This document shows, one piece after another, positions 39,001 through 39,730 of a DNA stretch of 64,000 nucleotides. The position numbers and the translations under genes were made by a program. Numbering within the stretch: position 1 is the first letter of the stretch; the number at the start of each line of letters is the position of its first letter. The notes under the pieces are model-generated. The model was not told the origin of the DNA. It saw nothing but the letters and a program-made list of their open reading frames with translations, and ran no database searches. Origin of the DNA: Candidatus Aenigmatarchaeota archaeon (lineage in GTDB: Archaea; Aenigmatarchaeota; Aenigmatarchaeia; CG10238-14; SCSR01). The stretch is from the NCBI GenBank assembly GCA_038999725.1, contig JAWBWS010000001.1, positions 1-64,000 of the forward strand. Reading direction: 5' to 3'.

Positions 39001-39730
39001 CATGGAAATAGATTTGAAGAAATACATGAATCCAGGTGAAATTACGGTCTTTGTGATGAACAAGCTCAAGCCTGAGCAGTTAGACGCCTTTGTTAGAAGA
39101 AGTGTACAGGCTGTGTTTGACATGAGGCCACCAGAATCTAAAGAGATAAAGCTCTTGATGGTGTGGGATGAGGTTCACAGATTGCTTCCAAAGTATGGAG
39201 GTAAGGGAGGATATGTTGCAATTGAAAGGGCGTGTAGAGAATTCAGAAAATGGGGAATTGGTGTTTTTGTGATATCACAAGTTTTGTTAGATTTCAAGGG
39301 TGCAATTAGAGCAAACATAGCAAACGAAATTCAGTTGAGAACAAAATATGAAGGAGATATAGGAAGGGTGAAATCGAAGTATGGTGCTGAGTATGCTTCC
39401 AAAGTTACAAGGCTTACAATTGGTACTGCACTATTCCAGAATCCTGAGTACAACCATGGAAGACCTTGGTTCATCAGCTTTAGGCCCTTGCTACACTCTC
39501 CATTTGCTTTAACTGATGAAGAAATTAATCAATATGTGAAACTAAATAAGAAAATTGAAGAAATTGGAGGGAAAATAGAGAAATTGAAGGGAAAAGGTGT
39601 AGACACTTACGATTTAGAAATAGAGTTGAACATCGCTAAAGATAAGATTAAAACAGCAGCCTTCAAGATGGCCGAAACTTACTTAGAATCTATAGAAAAA
39701 AGAATTGAAAAATTTGAAAAAGGTAAGTAA
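2..39730 (+). CDS. Giant surface protein (>=13,242 aa, 5'-partial): repetitive Ig-like ectodomain, single TM segment, C-terminal HerA/VirB4/VirD4-like (DUF87-type) ATPase
   Basis: The frame of the 758..39730 ORF has no stop back to base 2 (TSLQVWNKGNLPANNFNITD...), so the true start lies outside the window. Dense N-x-S/T sequons and paired Cys up to ~38500. Hydrophobic segment ~38519-38602. Walker A GGTGSGKS 38780-38803, Walker B LLMVWDEVHR 39152-39181, REFRKWG 39236-39256, ISQ 39272-39280. Confidence 0.93.
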   Translation, partial: TSLQVWNKGNLPANNFNITDNKNNVSVTHSNDLVFQNPWASDGSTATIIQGSQVIWGNNNINFNLPTGKDFSKFYNYTIFVPYQTNGTFKFQGIGLNATPNYVFYDEPYTIFIACGASLSVSEPTIKKGEITNPPIYAGDIFNISSTIYNDGPGNATNVIVEINYTNTTLISGLENLVIKNFTQEISNLTYFETIGPKQSKVAHVDYTYIVNTSSVSPGTIRFCIKANATENSTQVIACKDVTLNAPPAVIEMENPLIISDETGTSTGSWGFNFTFNISVRVSNSDNPVQVCSYFSKTGSEPWKLVGCDSYAAPGSSPGPWKNFTFRFDADCEDIGSPVFAKFNATNNAGTTNSTSTTFTITKDKISFEDIIGNNTETRRGKTTTLLALRIRDVNGTLVTNLPITFYVTLDGSIYDSGTTNTTNSSAYANYYFQARCSPKYQVGYQKWKAVLSNDACYQDNSTENYFNLSVLVMGDIVLSFMRPDGLTNYTQEQEVPFLGATTDDCGDALTTTVRYFANKSTTSFECSPVSQVGANAYTCDWQTDISTPMGWYNASMIVNKTYHYDNNTANLGVPGLFYLFPIKKLENPSAIPTTEGWGRPNWNFSVLASSGDSENVLNVSLYMAKSWPPATKCDAPTCLNQTPTECLNCIGETKFWYRNFSASEQGTWYYQFKMDGKETEQVLSVTVEKDDTLIEYSEGNNSFARYSPAEPAKLVVRVFDLDANTYNLNPPANVNFRINYTGIYDKLAGSNTTNSTGYAVFYFIPDCSYNGGDQYWYVEINSSDPNYKPSFSNQFNISLDVTGCKAQVDVTEVLTPKEVFEYRNFTINATITSLVNTSYNVNATIILPEGWQVDGEKRELGTLNPGEVKKVWWNINATSYGEANVTILVNGTRDDGVVTNDTLISGKFIVYKVKPAGLPIENLPIELLAGENKTFSWSCEAGQYRIANLTVSSTNLTTSPKDVLLRVYAYDGSEWKDILHSYKINLNGSRVDFIPVLQDQLNADESGYCRFRISNIGSNPINITGLTLEGYYNETVAIQDVQVKVNETITTGLETSEELFNVTVRIANSNSNSFSGTLWLNITDSSGYLVNYSSQSVNIPGNSISFFDFTNINTSTWLPDTYSLKAYLSYDSGSRERIEQLIFRDVIVESKSSKWMCNSTTEEYRVTIVHPFTDSIQYNVSLEVPSGWSYSPSYQLVNASSDGNYTVTFNLTSSNAVSETAIVNATVTYTYPASSKRKNSSFTIEESNSIAVIEIIRETPKIVANNRVFESQLSVHNKGCAATSGTTIVKEIVSTGWTPANPGIRGDVSGSSSVDLENNLIIWQLGSIGVNKYAVLTYQIKSPVDLAKEGSLRYNVSWDSKSLQEEKSFVVQTFNYTGESHLEFDLEVIQQPEYPWPEPRSAQLNKNYNYSLKVTNIGDITATGWNVSLSIPPTCNVTQVFNDGNWNETSRKITWELPDIGIKQSSYLNFTLNCSSQGKQVLIVEGVKDTRSETSFTSDTNIGCQGSSCSIVQGYTFTKPSDARYEKLKEISFLINHDWKGQNITIGQGYVTFTDDTGKYNLAWQNYSFVTVNGKVWANYSIDESEQNNYVQSSRNIGVNSHVDSTYNPYGNVTIEKISYTWKTGKLFKEGQELFTKVKVYTYAPLLENATLYINGNPSITTGGWGEEFNFSVMVRDRFGRDVTVYAWHKPVAAADYSLIGSWICYSCLDWQQANFTYDYLPENITTWQFKFNASNTDGNSELEGYTYTVEKDDINIYNITPSPDAIVNRSTSTVFSVRAYDRDNQSYPTGSYGKIWLTIFSITQWESPSILTSDNGWINRTITNSIWCEDTSKWYLGVHSWYGGTSGDAYVKDNVTSVLNFTLKGDLSNSQMQSFNSNYTRGDTITFSGTVIDDCSITQSDPMKFGLEFRMIKDGIVYGSCTTPTTGFSCQITTDSSFPYGWYDIEMISFARGDLSDKYWNGSLTTTNAFFLRSQILLEDVKKIPSENLVPWGKSPYNFSVNVTSLDNEMVTVYLWMKNSTHDWWIESSTTCTNCNNYYFFTSKQFSNNSIPGNIWYWKFNASSVTGYRNNTLSIEQFNVTKDAISFRNFGGNNSYVNRTSLPNTIVNLTTQVWDLVLNQNTLAVNTPNITLQEIQFFVYNGSSYVENETDELRNDTDYIKSFNPDCSFIPGARYWNVSVTGTQAYEDNTTTGYVNLIVNIIGDLNATYIDPTNLVEYEIGSIITFSGNVSDECFNEINNANVEFRLENATHVKYVCTSSSTSNPYTCNFDTSGKDVGIYNVTMVASKPFYNNATAFEMNAFKIKSTPKLKGARVTPRTEGWSVLRNFTVNVTDNPGDTVTVYLWEAPIGTENWIQIGSSQQCTSCSNTTLWWSKTYSCSDIGTKIYKFNATDMEGNSYTTISSDYTIDNQVIFEKDNVLIEYVAGNETDATLEQAVELILRVYDIDSSSYVSSPSASVSYNLTKEGIGSAYYTSITNTTNASGYVIYYFKPDLSFSTTKQNWLGFVPSSDSCYQYNSSNTFNVTTWTNVPRLENASVDVITEGWGIARTFNITVYDQNSTATIYLWRSSSLTGPWIQMNSSSYSTPGQWQTFSFYQTFDCSQQGTWYYKFNASNLMGNKNSTLEVATNNFTLTQDTILFEDVIGNNSIANRRGDQVDLLGVRVRDLNGTLLPNLMVNFTVQLSPGVWGPVYGNLTNESGYSVFYFNPGCSPKYEVGDRIWKAYVAEETSECYKYNTTANLNLTIMGDIILEFVKPDGNINYTQEDVIPFLGSTTDDCGDALTTTVKFYANHSTTSYNCTSVSQVGANAYTCDLPTSLQTAKGWYNTTMMANRSYHYDNQTVNTGLPLGRGSLFYLLPKLKLQNPSGLPTQAGWGYRNWNFSVIVSSGDPDVIYNTSLYMAKSWPPATKCDAPTCLNQTPTECLNCIGETKFWYRNFSASEQGTWYYQFKMDGKETEQVLSVTVEKDDTLIEYSEGNNSFARYSPAEPAKLVVRVFDLDANTYNLNPPANVNFRIKYNGVYDKIVGSNTTNSSGYVEFYFTPDCSFNGGNQYWYAEINSSEPNYKPSTSQEFNISLDVSGCVPQVQVSVIYNPREVFLYRNFTVNASITIIGPEESQGDNIYANVSLPPGWQVDETTKSLGSIQVGEVKTVWWHVNATSYGLVNATIFANSSNAGSDTLTSDDFVVYKLMPSSPPTESLPEILEAKEEKIFSWECEVGEYRIANLTIASTNLTSQPKEVLLRIFAYNGSEWIDVLHSYKINLSESRKDFVPILQNQLNADETGYCRVKISNLGINPINLTSLTLSAYYNETVEIQDVQVEVGGQVTTGIEPGEEFFNVTVRIVNSNSKSYSGTLWLNITNSSGYLVHSSSQPVDIPANGMALINFTNVATSNWLEDDYNLKAYLSYDSGFVERNEKLIFKSISVSSKSSKWICNSSTEQYNVTIVHPFTDSVQYNVTLEVPPGWSFNPSYQLITVNSSGNYSLSFNLTSSNGENEIVIVNATVSYIYPGIQKSKKASFMIQESNSIAILEVVRETPKLVGKDTVFDSQLTIHNKGCAATSGVTIVKEVLSTGWTPANPGIKTNEYGSDVQLISSSVDLINNLIIWQLGSIEVNKYAVLTYQVKSPPSLSQQGSLRYNISWEDKNLEEEKVFDIQTFNYTQESHLEFDLEVLQQADYPWPEPRSAQLNKDYNYSLKVTNVGDTLASGWNVSIKIPEACEVKQVYNSGSWDETSRKITWQLPDLAVYSSVRLNFTLNCFSLGKQVLIAEGIKDTREETSFVNNTNINCFGSSCSLIQAYGFTKPSNVRYEKLKEVSFLVSYEWKGQNVTIGQASVSFADDLLNYKIAWQNYSLDSSTEKVWGNYSIDESEQEKFISTIRNISLNAYTDATHEPKANLTIEKIVYTWKTGKLFEEEQELFTKIKVYTYPPLLENSTLYINTDKTKTSGGWGEQFNFSVMVRDRFGRDVTVYAWHRKGIADYSLIGSWICYSCLEWTQANFSYDYVGSDIGSWDFKFNATNSDGSSELAGYGYTIEADDINIYNITPVWNTTVNRSVITNFILQVWDRDNQSYPGYLQAGQADEGRGKIFISKFGNPETFDSSPAISANETGHLVRSMQNSSDSWCKVSDYYLGQNYWKGGVSGASTYKDNITEIMPFWLMGDLSNSYLTQPLGEQNFTHGQTINFDGVIKDDCNEVKTDVGKFGAEYRISHGETTYVVVADLASTSWQVPQDAPLGWYNITMISFSEGMEAGKYWNGTYFKQNAFFIASVPKLDSPQVQPYPEGSWEIRPFNFSVFVTSEDNETVSTKLWLKNSTSDWYVENSTSCENCNNYHFLTKKNFTCENIGTWQAKFNASSATSFTSETSAITFNIIKSAISINYGEGNNTVVNRSDFAPGYTTKLSVQIWNLILNNYTTVIPTADVRLWVMNDSLNWKEEFETSNETHYYLDFNPGCDYSPGLRKWKVNSSHACYADNSSEEFYVMITGNLTNNLEKPDGSVNYTAGTLIELNGNIVDDCSQAVVGANVRFKLQSDSNVYYCPSTGYVTNTTGNFYNCTWDSSGKAGGWYNVTMESSKDYHTNGSYFRENAFFLITPVELTNPQVTYPGDGSWGEIHNFSVIVNHYADVDVCLLEKVSPSDPWSVTECKFVSSPVNKLVNFTKSYTCSEYQASSLRYFAFNASEPGVPETYSNTSAQTHVLTKDDIAFIYVEGNESSVNRNGSYITRFILYVNDTDRNQPAYTTLGALIKPQVWFKVHNGTTYLEDGFNTTNSSGYVEYNFNPSCSFEVGKRDWYGYTSADSCYKDASSSTFNVTIIGDLIPNVVFPDGQTYYRELYLYIPISGDVRDECNLHNITNALVNFTAISVGFGNQFDCSPVDNLGNGTYNCTFNATDAPEGWYNVRMNASSVTYYNNGTSFKQNSFRIIQSWQPPVLEDETVLPEQDWGWGENYTFKVNVSDVNAEDVNVSLWLSPDNQTWSYVSSQICYDCGSKTELTFYYKGYSCSDIGTRYFKFNASDAHNTTDRPGKNFTLTKDDVEIQYSGFSEGNNSWVNRSESVLLKVRIYDTDNKAYVASNVHGKIWVTKDKIEYDSGWSNETDADGYLEAYFTPNCNYNVGLQYWKAGTYSDNCYKDVNSTLTLTTNVKGWLNNTIAFPNGEAYLSNQNITIRGNVTDECNLNISDATVTFRVIHTGYNPYSAVCEPVITEPQEAWYNCTWNISNSPSGWYSVEMNSSRSLYNDATRIREQVFFHEVEPVLTGAFVSPTESYWGTQFIFKVNVTDDDDDVNVTLWNRKQPSSTWSYVDSKICTDCINSTLTFTKTYWQADIGTWEWFFNASDSHNNKTSTSIQTLTITKRQITFDYIAGNETNVSRIGSNTTVLTLQARDAISGSALGAGLTGGFWITTNGTNEGPKIPITTTGAGYLNLSFNPNCAPTLYQVGPQKWKGGLDESDYYYAGNSTQYLVLYIYSVLSNNITFPIGQDYDKGDLIKITGDVKDDCGYVTEATVRFRVSQGDTEFIPSQDPAQDLVNGTYNTTWDSSVGFLGWYNITMNSSKSYYNSSSVTKVNAFFLGKAPELAYPNVTPKQEGWGFNFSFNVSFRDLEGDVNNITLWKAYNPDGPWYYVDSQQVTSSTWTEIKFYHVFDCSDYTSGPTIYFKFNTSDTHQFKAESSVENLVLEKDDVSFLFIEGVGATVNREGDAYTRFTVRINDSDKNDWVGENVNGIFYFTYDGSTYDEGHAASTNATGYISYNFNPNCTYKAKPQFWYLRIQGNTCYKDVSSETQSYSPFGQLKNNLLLPDQYSEFNVTNQILIRFNVSTDCSEDGLINDTSSQMIINIHNQTENEYSCSLINNEGTGWYNCTWDSTSKPEGNYSIRISTSRSFYNSNTTTYLNRFWLENRPPTASNLIVSPSSGGWGATYRFNVTVTDPENDSVVCKLFVKTNGEWVYKGYDTIATPGNCSITVNDFTCSEQGTVNFKFEIDDGTESNPFNTSVQTGPTLHKDIVTVTYVSGNDTTVNRAGDVTQELILRVYDVEKGVYPEGANGTVWITNNIYWYAWDGQTNANGYLIIQFNPDCGYTVGTNTWLGGVRNDACYVEINTTENYTVKIKGDLINTIVQPNGEEFLRGSNVTIRGNVTDECLIPITQATVNFTSKSLQTSEEFICPSVWNEETGYYNCTFNTSYPVMMPTQWYNITMQSNKTNYNDGVSTKYQAFWIETKPILTVPQAIPEVGGWGETFTFKVNVTDEDFDQMTVRYYLRKDDGNWILYGSQSISGINQTVTFTKTFTTGDLGNWNLKFNVTEDDIWNDTSEIVNFTVEKDDVDILYYQGNETTVNRVSGSTRLELRAIDTDKPSQQVIGASTGFWVTTNASDPMSFGSTITGSPTNNTGYFYINFDPDCTYGVGKQKWKGGITQSDYWKSKNSSEFNITITSEFTPNIQQPKQQIFLKGVDTILLRGNLSDDANCGLVSEANVDFYVSRSEWLCDANDEGNGWYNCTIPPNIHAIWDYNWYNLTMNASKDYYQDESSTVINSFYLADDPDLTNPTVSPSSAPWGTTFVFNITLTDLDSDNKTVYFWIRKSGQEWEHVANQSYYGATPGAGINIGFEWQSSCEYIGTIEYKFNVSDTSGYSKEIPSPYPSFTVSERGVIFELDSGSNVIVNREGSSFTLLAVKIIDQFTGSYVGSGVNGSFWVTTNASDPESWGPVVTNKTDSEGRISYYFNPDCSYSVGQQKWKAGVYNDACYVDTNSTLYTVNVTGQLKNILNQPAQYSNFNVTDLILINFTTLSDCSAERSDENPVINASSYTIELRSPLGIFESCSPVSNSYAGWYNCTWDSSNKKEGYWDIRLNSSKLNFNSNSTIYNDWFWLENLNTIAENATVTPSQGGWSRSYNYSIDIYDQEGDTINCSLFISKDNQQTWEYKGSYIVQGTHSNPTWGRCFVVVHDFICSDIGEDNYFKWQIQNGEPANIYNTTPTQGPNITESQVSIDYIEGNNSHLNRSSGINQIKRLAVNVYDIENSSYAQNVNVSFWVTYDNINYQFDFKNATDSLGNASYYFNPNCSYSVGQQYWIAGVTDSCYQDVNTSTNFTVYVYGDLNNTIIQPLNGQTFLRGANITVKGNVTSECGALINVDTINFTLIHVDSQQQFTCSPILNEDDGYYNCTFNTSSPTVMPAKYYNIKMNTTKQYYNLGEKIAKNAFFIETKPVLTNPTDYPDPSGWGVPLTFSVNFTDEDNDVNVVRVWVRKLPAGSWIKKGENTTVQGTNIIVQFTSTFTSSDIGDWEYFFNASDSRGYETNTSVNTFTIRKNYLMFEHSLGDNTSVNRSIGESQTLKVRVKDLDRNVYLTSSETLVGKFFVTNDTSNNFVVIASDIASDLNGYLTTLFTPTCSFAVGPQKWKAGIAGDPKFFDVNSSEFRINITTYPLQVNLVQPSGEVYLKGIDPILVRGNVSDDCGLVKGATVTFTAYQGSSENICPSVNDEENGFYNCTFDTGGSWLGTYGYYNITMSASKQYYNNSLTLNKENAFYLASKPELSSPSYSSSGDGGWGESWTFTVNVRDVDSGNVNVSLWVNLTGEWQLLNSTLCSNCASLTTITFMGHKFACENIGTRYFKFNASDQFNYMNETSTQSFVIDKDDTVSEYVAGHLVNVNREGESKALLIVRIADVDNSSYVGAGVQGKIFVTKDYSNYDSGTSNTTNATGYLKIYFDPDCSYFVGSQNWRGGVYNDACYKDSNNTPARNVSIKGQLYINLYQPEQDSIFNVTNLIAHRWNVYSDCYEEGNISEVSNTLTLNNFGNSSTCTPINEISIGNYNCTWNSTSQPEGYWSVNVTASKINYNSNTTIYTNRFFLDNLAPVVSNPKVNPQQGGWSREYNYSIDVTDAEGDTVTCYLYTNTTGSFVLRGSSVVNPPSTCVITVHDFTCSDINNASFYFIVNDTFNKVNTSEILGITEGPEIRKSQVEILYIGGNESLTNRSLGINQQVQLVLRIKDVENSSYPSNVNGRFWITTDGENWDSGYPVVSNATGYYNYIFDPNCSYSVGKQWWKGGSLGDACYHDVNSSNLTLTIYGDQILTINSPKGQEYLRGEDNILLRGNVTDDCNNLLTNANVNFISIHAETQQQFTCSPVNNEENSYYNCTIPSTTHASWPTKSYNVKMNSTLSYYNYNETIETFALNEKGFFLETKPKLTGAIVYPSGNGGWGETWTFKVNYTDEDGDVGIVRLYLRKPPSDWFLENVQSGVSGVNTTITFTKLNFDVGDVGNWEFKFNVTGDDNWDVNETSAIQFTLDKDDINITLILGNNSYVNRSIAPSQSNASISVRIYDLDKNQPLPLGTSGTAKLYVTTNPLDPTSFVVDASGSLVGAGWFNTTWPNLAKCTYDIGLLKWRVEFGGPGYKSINSTQTYGSDFILTTLTYPLQVNILVPNNQTFRRGVDSITYIGNVTDDCGGVKDASVEFRNKPEYSWGVCLPSNVIDHNNGTYSCVVNPPTTASFGYYNLTMNTSKQYYNSSEKVEKGDSYVIVSNPQIQNPTTNKALDTGGWGESWIFSVQVKDEDRGAFDFEAMNVSLWVNLTGEWQLLNSTLCSAPICLDWTTISFVHTFSCGDIGEKSFKFNVSDYWGYKNETIPKTFTLQKDDVTIEFVDGPDHINREGSATGRFVFRIYDTDRQSYVSNTSTSARIYFTQDGESFTVSYSVTPNSSAYVNYDLNPDCSYATGIQKWQAGTYNDACYINKNFSLPHEFEIKGQLKNQLTQPVYGSVYNVTEQIPINFTTLSDCSAERSDENLVINASSYIIELKSPLGVYEVCSPITNSYQGWYNCTWNSTAKKEGLWSIRLNSTKEHFNQNSTVYENWFQLLNWNVSNTSIPVVSPSQGGWSRLFNYTIAVYDQEGDTINCSLFISKDNKQTWEYKGSYIIQGTPGIPTQGTCWIALHDFDCSDIDKPEGQGWVESKAKWFKWKIENGEPENAWFTQPIQGPNITESQVNINYIEGNNSYVNRSSGVNQVGRLVVNVFDSENSSHIKNANVSFWVTNNSGNYRLEVVNQTNLQGNASYYFNPNCTHATGIQYWKAGVTDACYIDLNTTDFILTIIGDLIGTITQPNEQEFLRGSNVTINASLYDECSIPISEATINFVMKSLQTLQEFICSSVIGDSNIYSCTFNTSSPTIMPARWYNVSMVSSKTYYNTNTTTKYQAFWIETSPELTNPVAIPSGDGGWGESWLFRVNFTDEDLDNNWVKFWLNRHRVTDPTQIAINQTVSGINVVVEFNLTPFNEDDFNTNKTIEFKFNATDAPPTGNPEDQWDTGWQYLELKPDNISISLIEPIDLVFNRSSQKNSKINYTVQIIDTDRNLPLPSGRTAKFYYTKDGSNYIDGGFRFTLAGGYVTQNITLDCSFSIGPQYWIAGTANQSASYAWEIKNSSVASFTIVTENLTVNITAPINNYPWNAPRRGIDNITLYADVKDDCGYVSGASLIFYVYDPNCEGGACECTSITDYNNGTYSCTILASQTSTWETGWHNVSVEVSKQYYNGTSDFQQNAFYLATVPDITPTGYPPITAVSTTGDGGWGELWKFEAWVVDWDNDDVNVSLYLNLSGNWILRNSTVIKAQVPTQVTFYETFECEDIGSNKGYKFVATDVWNYQDQENSAFDIHKDDITVEYVTGSGEQVSREGSNSVLIKVKILDSDRNVYVGAERNGSFYITTQSLGGSGNTSTYMLYYKNKTDSESILTFNFDPNCSIGVAVQNWKAGIEGDACYKDYQPEYGLYVNVIGQLKVNLISPIKGSNIPVGEMININSSVFSDCPNEGFLKGASVKHEARSPNLQFENIQPVVDQNNGYYNSSWNTSFHVGGNWSFRINASLANYYPNSTLFLDWVYLNNTPPVAENLSVSPSSGGWGENFTFSVEINDMQLDNVTCKLFVYTGKQEWEYKGSSKVDWGIGKCNVSVSDFTCQDINTSSLVKFKFQIEDGTNVFNTSEAFAPEITKNDVVIEYVYGNESSVNRNGDDSTLLILRIFDVIKGSYVGSDVAGRIFVTRDGSNYDAGTSGTTNSSGYLNVNFNPDTGYSVGLQKWKGGTYEDTCYKDANTTQEFNLTILTNMFSNLLEFSQGSEFLRGENITFIFTIMDEQPVGIDGANVSLILTNENSQSFECLPIIGYGNGEYRCVINTSYPQLLPARWYNVTIHSNKTYYIPNTTLYQNIFFIKTKPELFATNVSSQQGSDLGGWGETWTFKVNVTDEDRDNVTVYLKIKKFNEPETAWQIANVSSYDENPDLQGPINKTVVLTYKNPGLFQNAQEVWQFIFEAEDSRLYTTKTSAKNFTIEKDDVEIQLIAGNNGIVWRNGTQTISLKVSLIDIDQNIPAASANVTFWITKDGNNWDSGTITLTDMNGIAEYLFDPDCVYSTGVQKWKASSMPNFYYKYLNTSNFTLTIKTFIALNISYPDGHSFLVGTKVPFIGQVYDECSGIPGASVTFSDNFGASWYECIPISDLENGTYNCTFDTSGKPYGWHNIRMRANKQYYGNYPTPNETIKTNAYFLASKPTLSNPSLDHTIGGWGELYTFSVQLTDSDKNYNNVSLWKSFDQTNWILVDSKIVQPTYSNYPVSFQERFSCEDYLNAINGINYWKINTSDIYGYSDETQIFNFILDVDNVTVSIGSDSSSSVRRIGDNLAYLRFIIYDTDRGVYVNNTNGTFWITRDGVNYDYNLTCLSYLGNCTTNYNPNCSSSVGIQYWKAGATDACYQKVNTSNVSLTVYGQLNISIIQPTYGKIINRDKITNFNASVSDDCNQQITDASVNWYNSSGNFLASGYNTNWKVPATYKLGLETIYSNVTRQYYDGNSNVTLVYVYGWSDVSYIEPSNSSVYSAGSLINIKCKVIDGNTSLPLENYAVFFYKNGNNFANSSTNSDGIATAWWNTIGESAGWYNLTCVIKDNSTQYYNASISQRETWIRITRPLIIDQIIPQYSIIYRNDSFFPYQTNISVRVKDANIGIATNANVSFYNSSSLLGSCLTNSMGWCELINFNPEDTIAPQAYVIYINATRPGNENSETNSTYIIIKGKLNTTIISPLNNSYYSKSQPIPLQANGTSENGESFLILNPIIRWYNETAQIGEGNDTFLPQWKVAEQSTGIHQFMAVASKDYFDDGKANVTVTITGLADVSWVLPTGIVPYPESFEPTCLVKDHDSQAGIPNYVVNFSYKWEPSTQFIFNGSYLTNSSGYASYSFTPTQKGHITFNCTIGDNESQYYSANIKEDLETIWVKDVTPPRISDVSMVPNTSLEANLNSTIITATIWDNYWINSVWVNITLPNQSYVIIPMSNITVPEIGFGYYNATYRASYLPSVEGIYSVRIYAKDEAPEYNVNYTFAGYLEVFGKSYGSLEQCVNNTEDGNLTDCDSEIEAPFITQTQGFNFEVKVNFTNLGPTTMYSVNLTHQDSGYMSYNESEKNCGTLYASQSCIWIFLATVLPATPPQTLETKVNATWRNPDLSINSSVGITQINVHSNPVLNILQEKLENITPHNKYSFVGILNVSSDGNDEVLNVGLDAFGLSTLPEGHKSFAACSFGNQSCELVLIPTQLGSMPAGTRLPVNVYVNIPFGTSPGFYLLNIRAYGEAPLGGTLTDTALLNITIPLNTSWVRTPETFGTILAPLNTRGIIGYINVSNIGNVKIGFSQSEQDCGSEIGGQLGGTLLVSEDPSTGFDVERTSYRLINVTYNVPSSQPEGLYCVRIVIKNSTATPSQQSTNVILNVTDVPPTITDVLIYPTVFEIGFENVTIQAKITDNFGVNDSWINVTQPDGSIVIQPMNVFDSTYNTTYSSLKVGIHKVKICARDVRNLTGCTQEYEIEGSETTFLEILPNVTKIIANNITIYSPQTFSINVTLNNTGGSRAKDVNLSIEGSENVSSDPQLLYYGLISKWSSKSNVTTITIAANTVPGLYHANLTVNWTNLNNTLGRNNLTLEINVTENQFVHALEEKLTMLIEAGTASTKKFTIKSAGNVNATNITFACYSGEVCSNFTVSFSPDNINSLGVGETANINITVTVPPNYLSGTHLGIVRINYDEEYAELLIEVRVPMNISWMQTPPVLKKKVFGNESGTFGVITIINTGNTPIPMNMSVNGTIADKLLLNATQFTLGYREVKYIGVNYSSPDVERDSNFTGFITSQIIGDLAENASVREISTYAELYVYNYKVSVITPNKDSPILNVNPGDLLLAKVNVTSNSTPVTVGMSFDVAVYNSSTSLQANINSSQFNSSDSLWYVRFYAPSLSLARIYNLNITANYTLFEGRVRSSFSEDSIVYKDEVKPEIDVYMPIRIAANTSVPIKVNVTEDGGLKNVSFWVKYPDGSIEEIDLQFMGRFDNNYTYATNFTNTSLIGIYTLSVKACDLSENCAERSKTFEIYPTAFFSGYAKNVEEIEESPLLLNFLFYDVNTTNLRFNFTSNASTGYYNETIDLKSYDLVIATKDEGFKNSINFYNLTILTNFFNPVILGKISNTRTTSSALKGIYFDTVLNASNITLTIEFSDCVNEGCGVRIFDPNHLGIYKYQGNWTPKVSHSQNTLWTRVSNLAGDNSDNSVNLTTLTATARIPGKGVYILAEFICGNNECETTLGENTNNCPMDCPSVPSAPAAAPPVAAAPPGPGIGPAPTIPSVPTPVPFEIKSTLLETVLFPGEEKVFSIDITNNLDNSVGATVTVEGPAFALLTVQRPVLRVLAKSTEVVNIKAYASPTTAPGIYPGEIVVTIGNSTHRTPITIKVQAVVEPLLDVKVKVLSKTVAPGENLVFEVSLINMGQTSKIEDITVTYNIKPISDPTKIITTSKETLAVENILTYRREIQIPEDVPQERYIIEVNASYWYGRKYASSADSFDVSELPVPLVILRAVLLNPLTYIVLFLGVPSVIIGGRWYAAYRAAKLAKARYIAPIDFKALPKAGPNSIEVGKIAETDIKAYIDISQLIMHSIAAGGTGSGKSVSAMICAEELLKRKVPVIVFDPTAQWTGFMKPCKLKPMLDLYPKFGLKPTDATSFKTNIVLVEDPNMEIDLKKYMNPGEITVFVMNKLKPEQLDAFVRRSVQAVFDMRPPESKEIKLLMVWDEVHRLLPKYGGKGGYVAIERACREFRKWGIGVFVISQVLLDFKGAIRANIANEIQLRTKYEGDIGRVKSKYGAEYASKVTRLTIGTALFQNPEYNHGRPWFISFRPLLHSPFALTDEEINQYVKLNKKIEEIGGKIEKLKGKGVDTYDLEIELNIAKDKIKTAAFKMAETYLESIEKRIEKFEKGK
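1864..2212 (+). repeat. 349-bp exact direct repeat, copy 1 (copy 2 at 8698..9046)
   Basis: Base-by-base identical from CTTGTATATGGCAAAATC to AATGTTAACTTC; offset 6834 nt (2278 codons); flanks homologous but diverged. Confidence 0.95.
8698..9046 (+). repeat. 349-bp exact direct repeat, copy 2
   Basis: Identical to 1864..2212. Confidence 0.95.
11840..32200 (+). repeat. Tandem array of 21 diverged ~990-bp (~330-aa) coding modules in the giant gene
   Basis: GGWG-like motif recurs about every 0.99 kb from ~11840 to ~31586, each followed by variants of FKFNAxD, KDDV..GN..VNR, FNPxCxYxVGxQxWK and YNCTxxT..GWYN. Boundaries approximate. Confidence 0.9.
38690..39730 (+). other. Cytoplasmic HerA/FtsK-superfamily ATPase domain with helical tail (part of the giant ORF)
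   Basis: HSIAAGGTGSGKS, VIVFDPTAQW, WDEVHR, EFRKWG (arginine-finger motif) and VISQ occur in the order typical of HerA/VirB4/VirD4 ATPases. Confidence 0.88.

Noticed and set aside
931..39123. Many 60-130-aa antisense or alternate-frame ORFs inside the giant gene
   Set aside because: All lie within a long, motif-rich frame and show no recognisable motifs; expected shadow ORFs.
38690..39730. Canonical DNA-repair HerA
   Set aside because: No N-terminal HAS barrel, no nurA/mre11/rad50 neighbours, and the domain is fused behind a TM segment.
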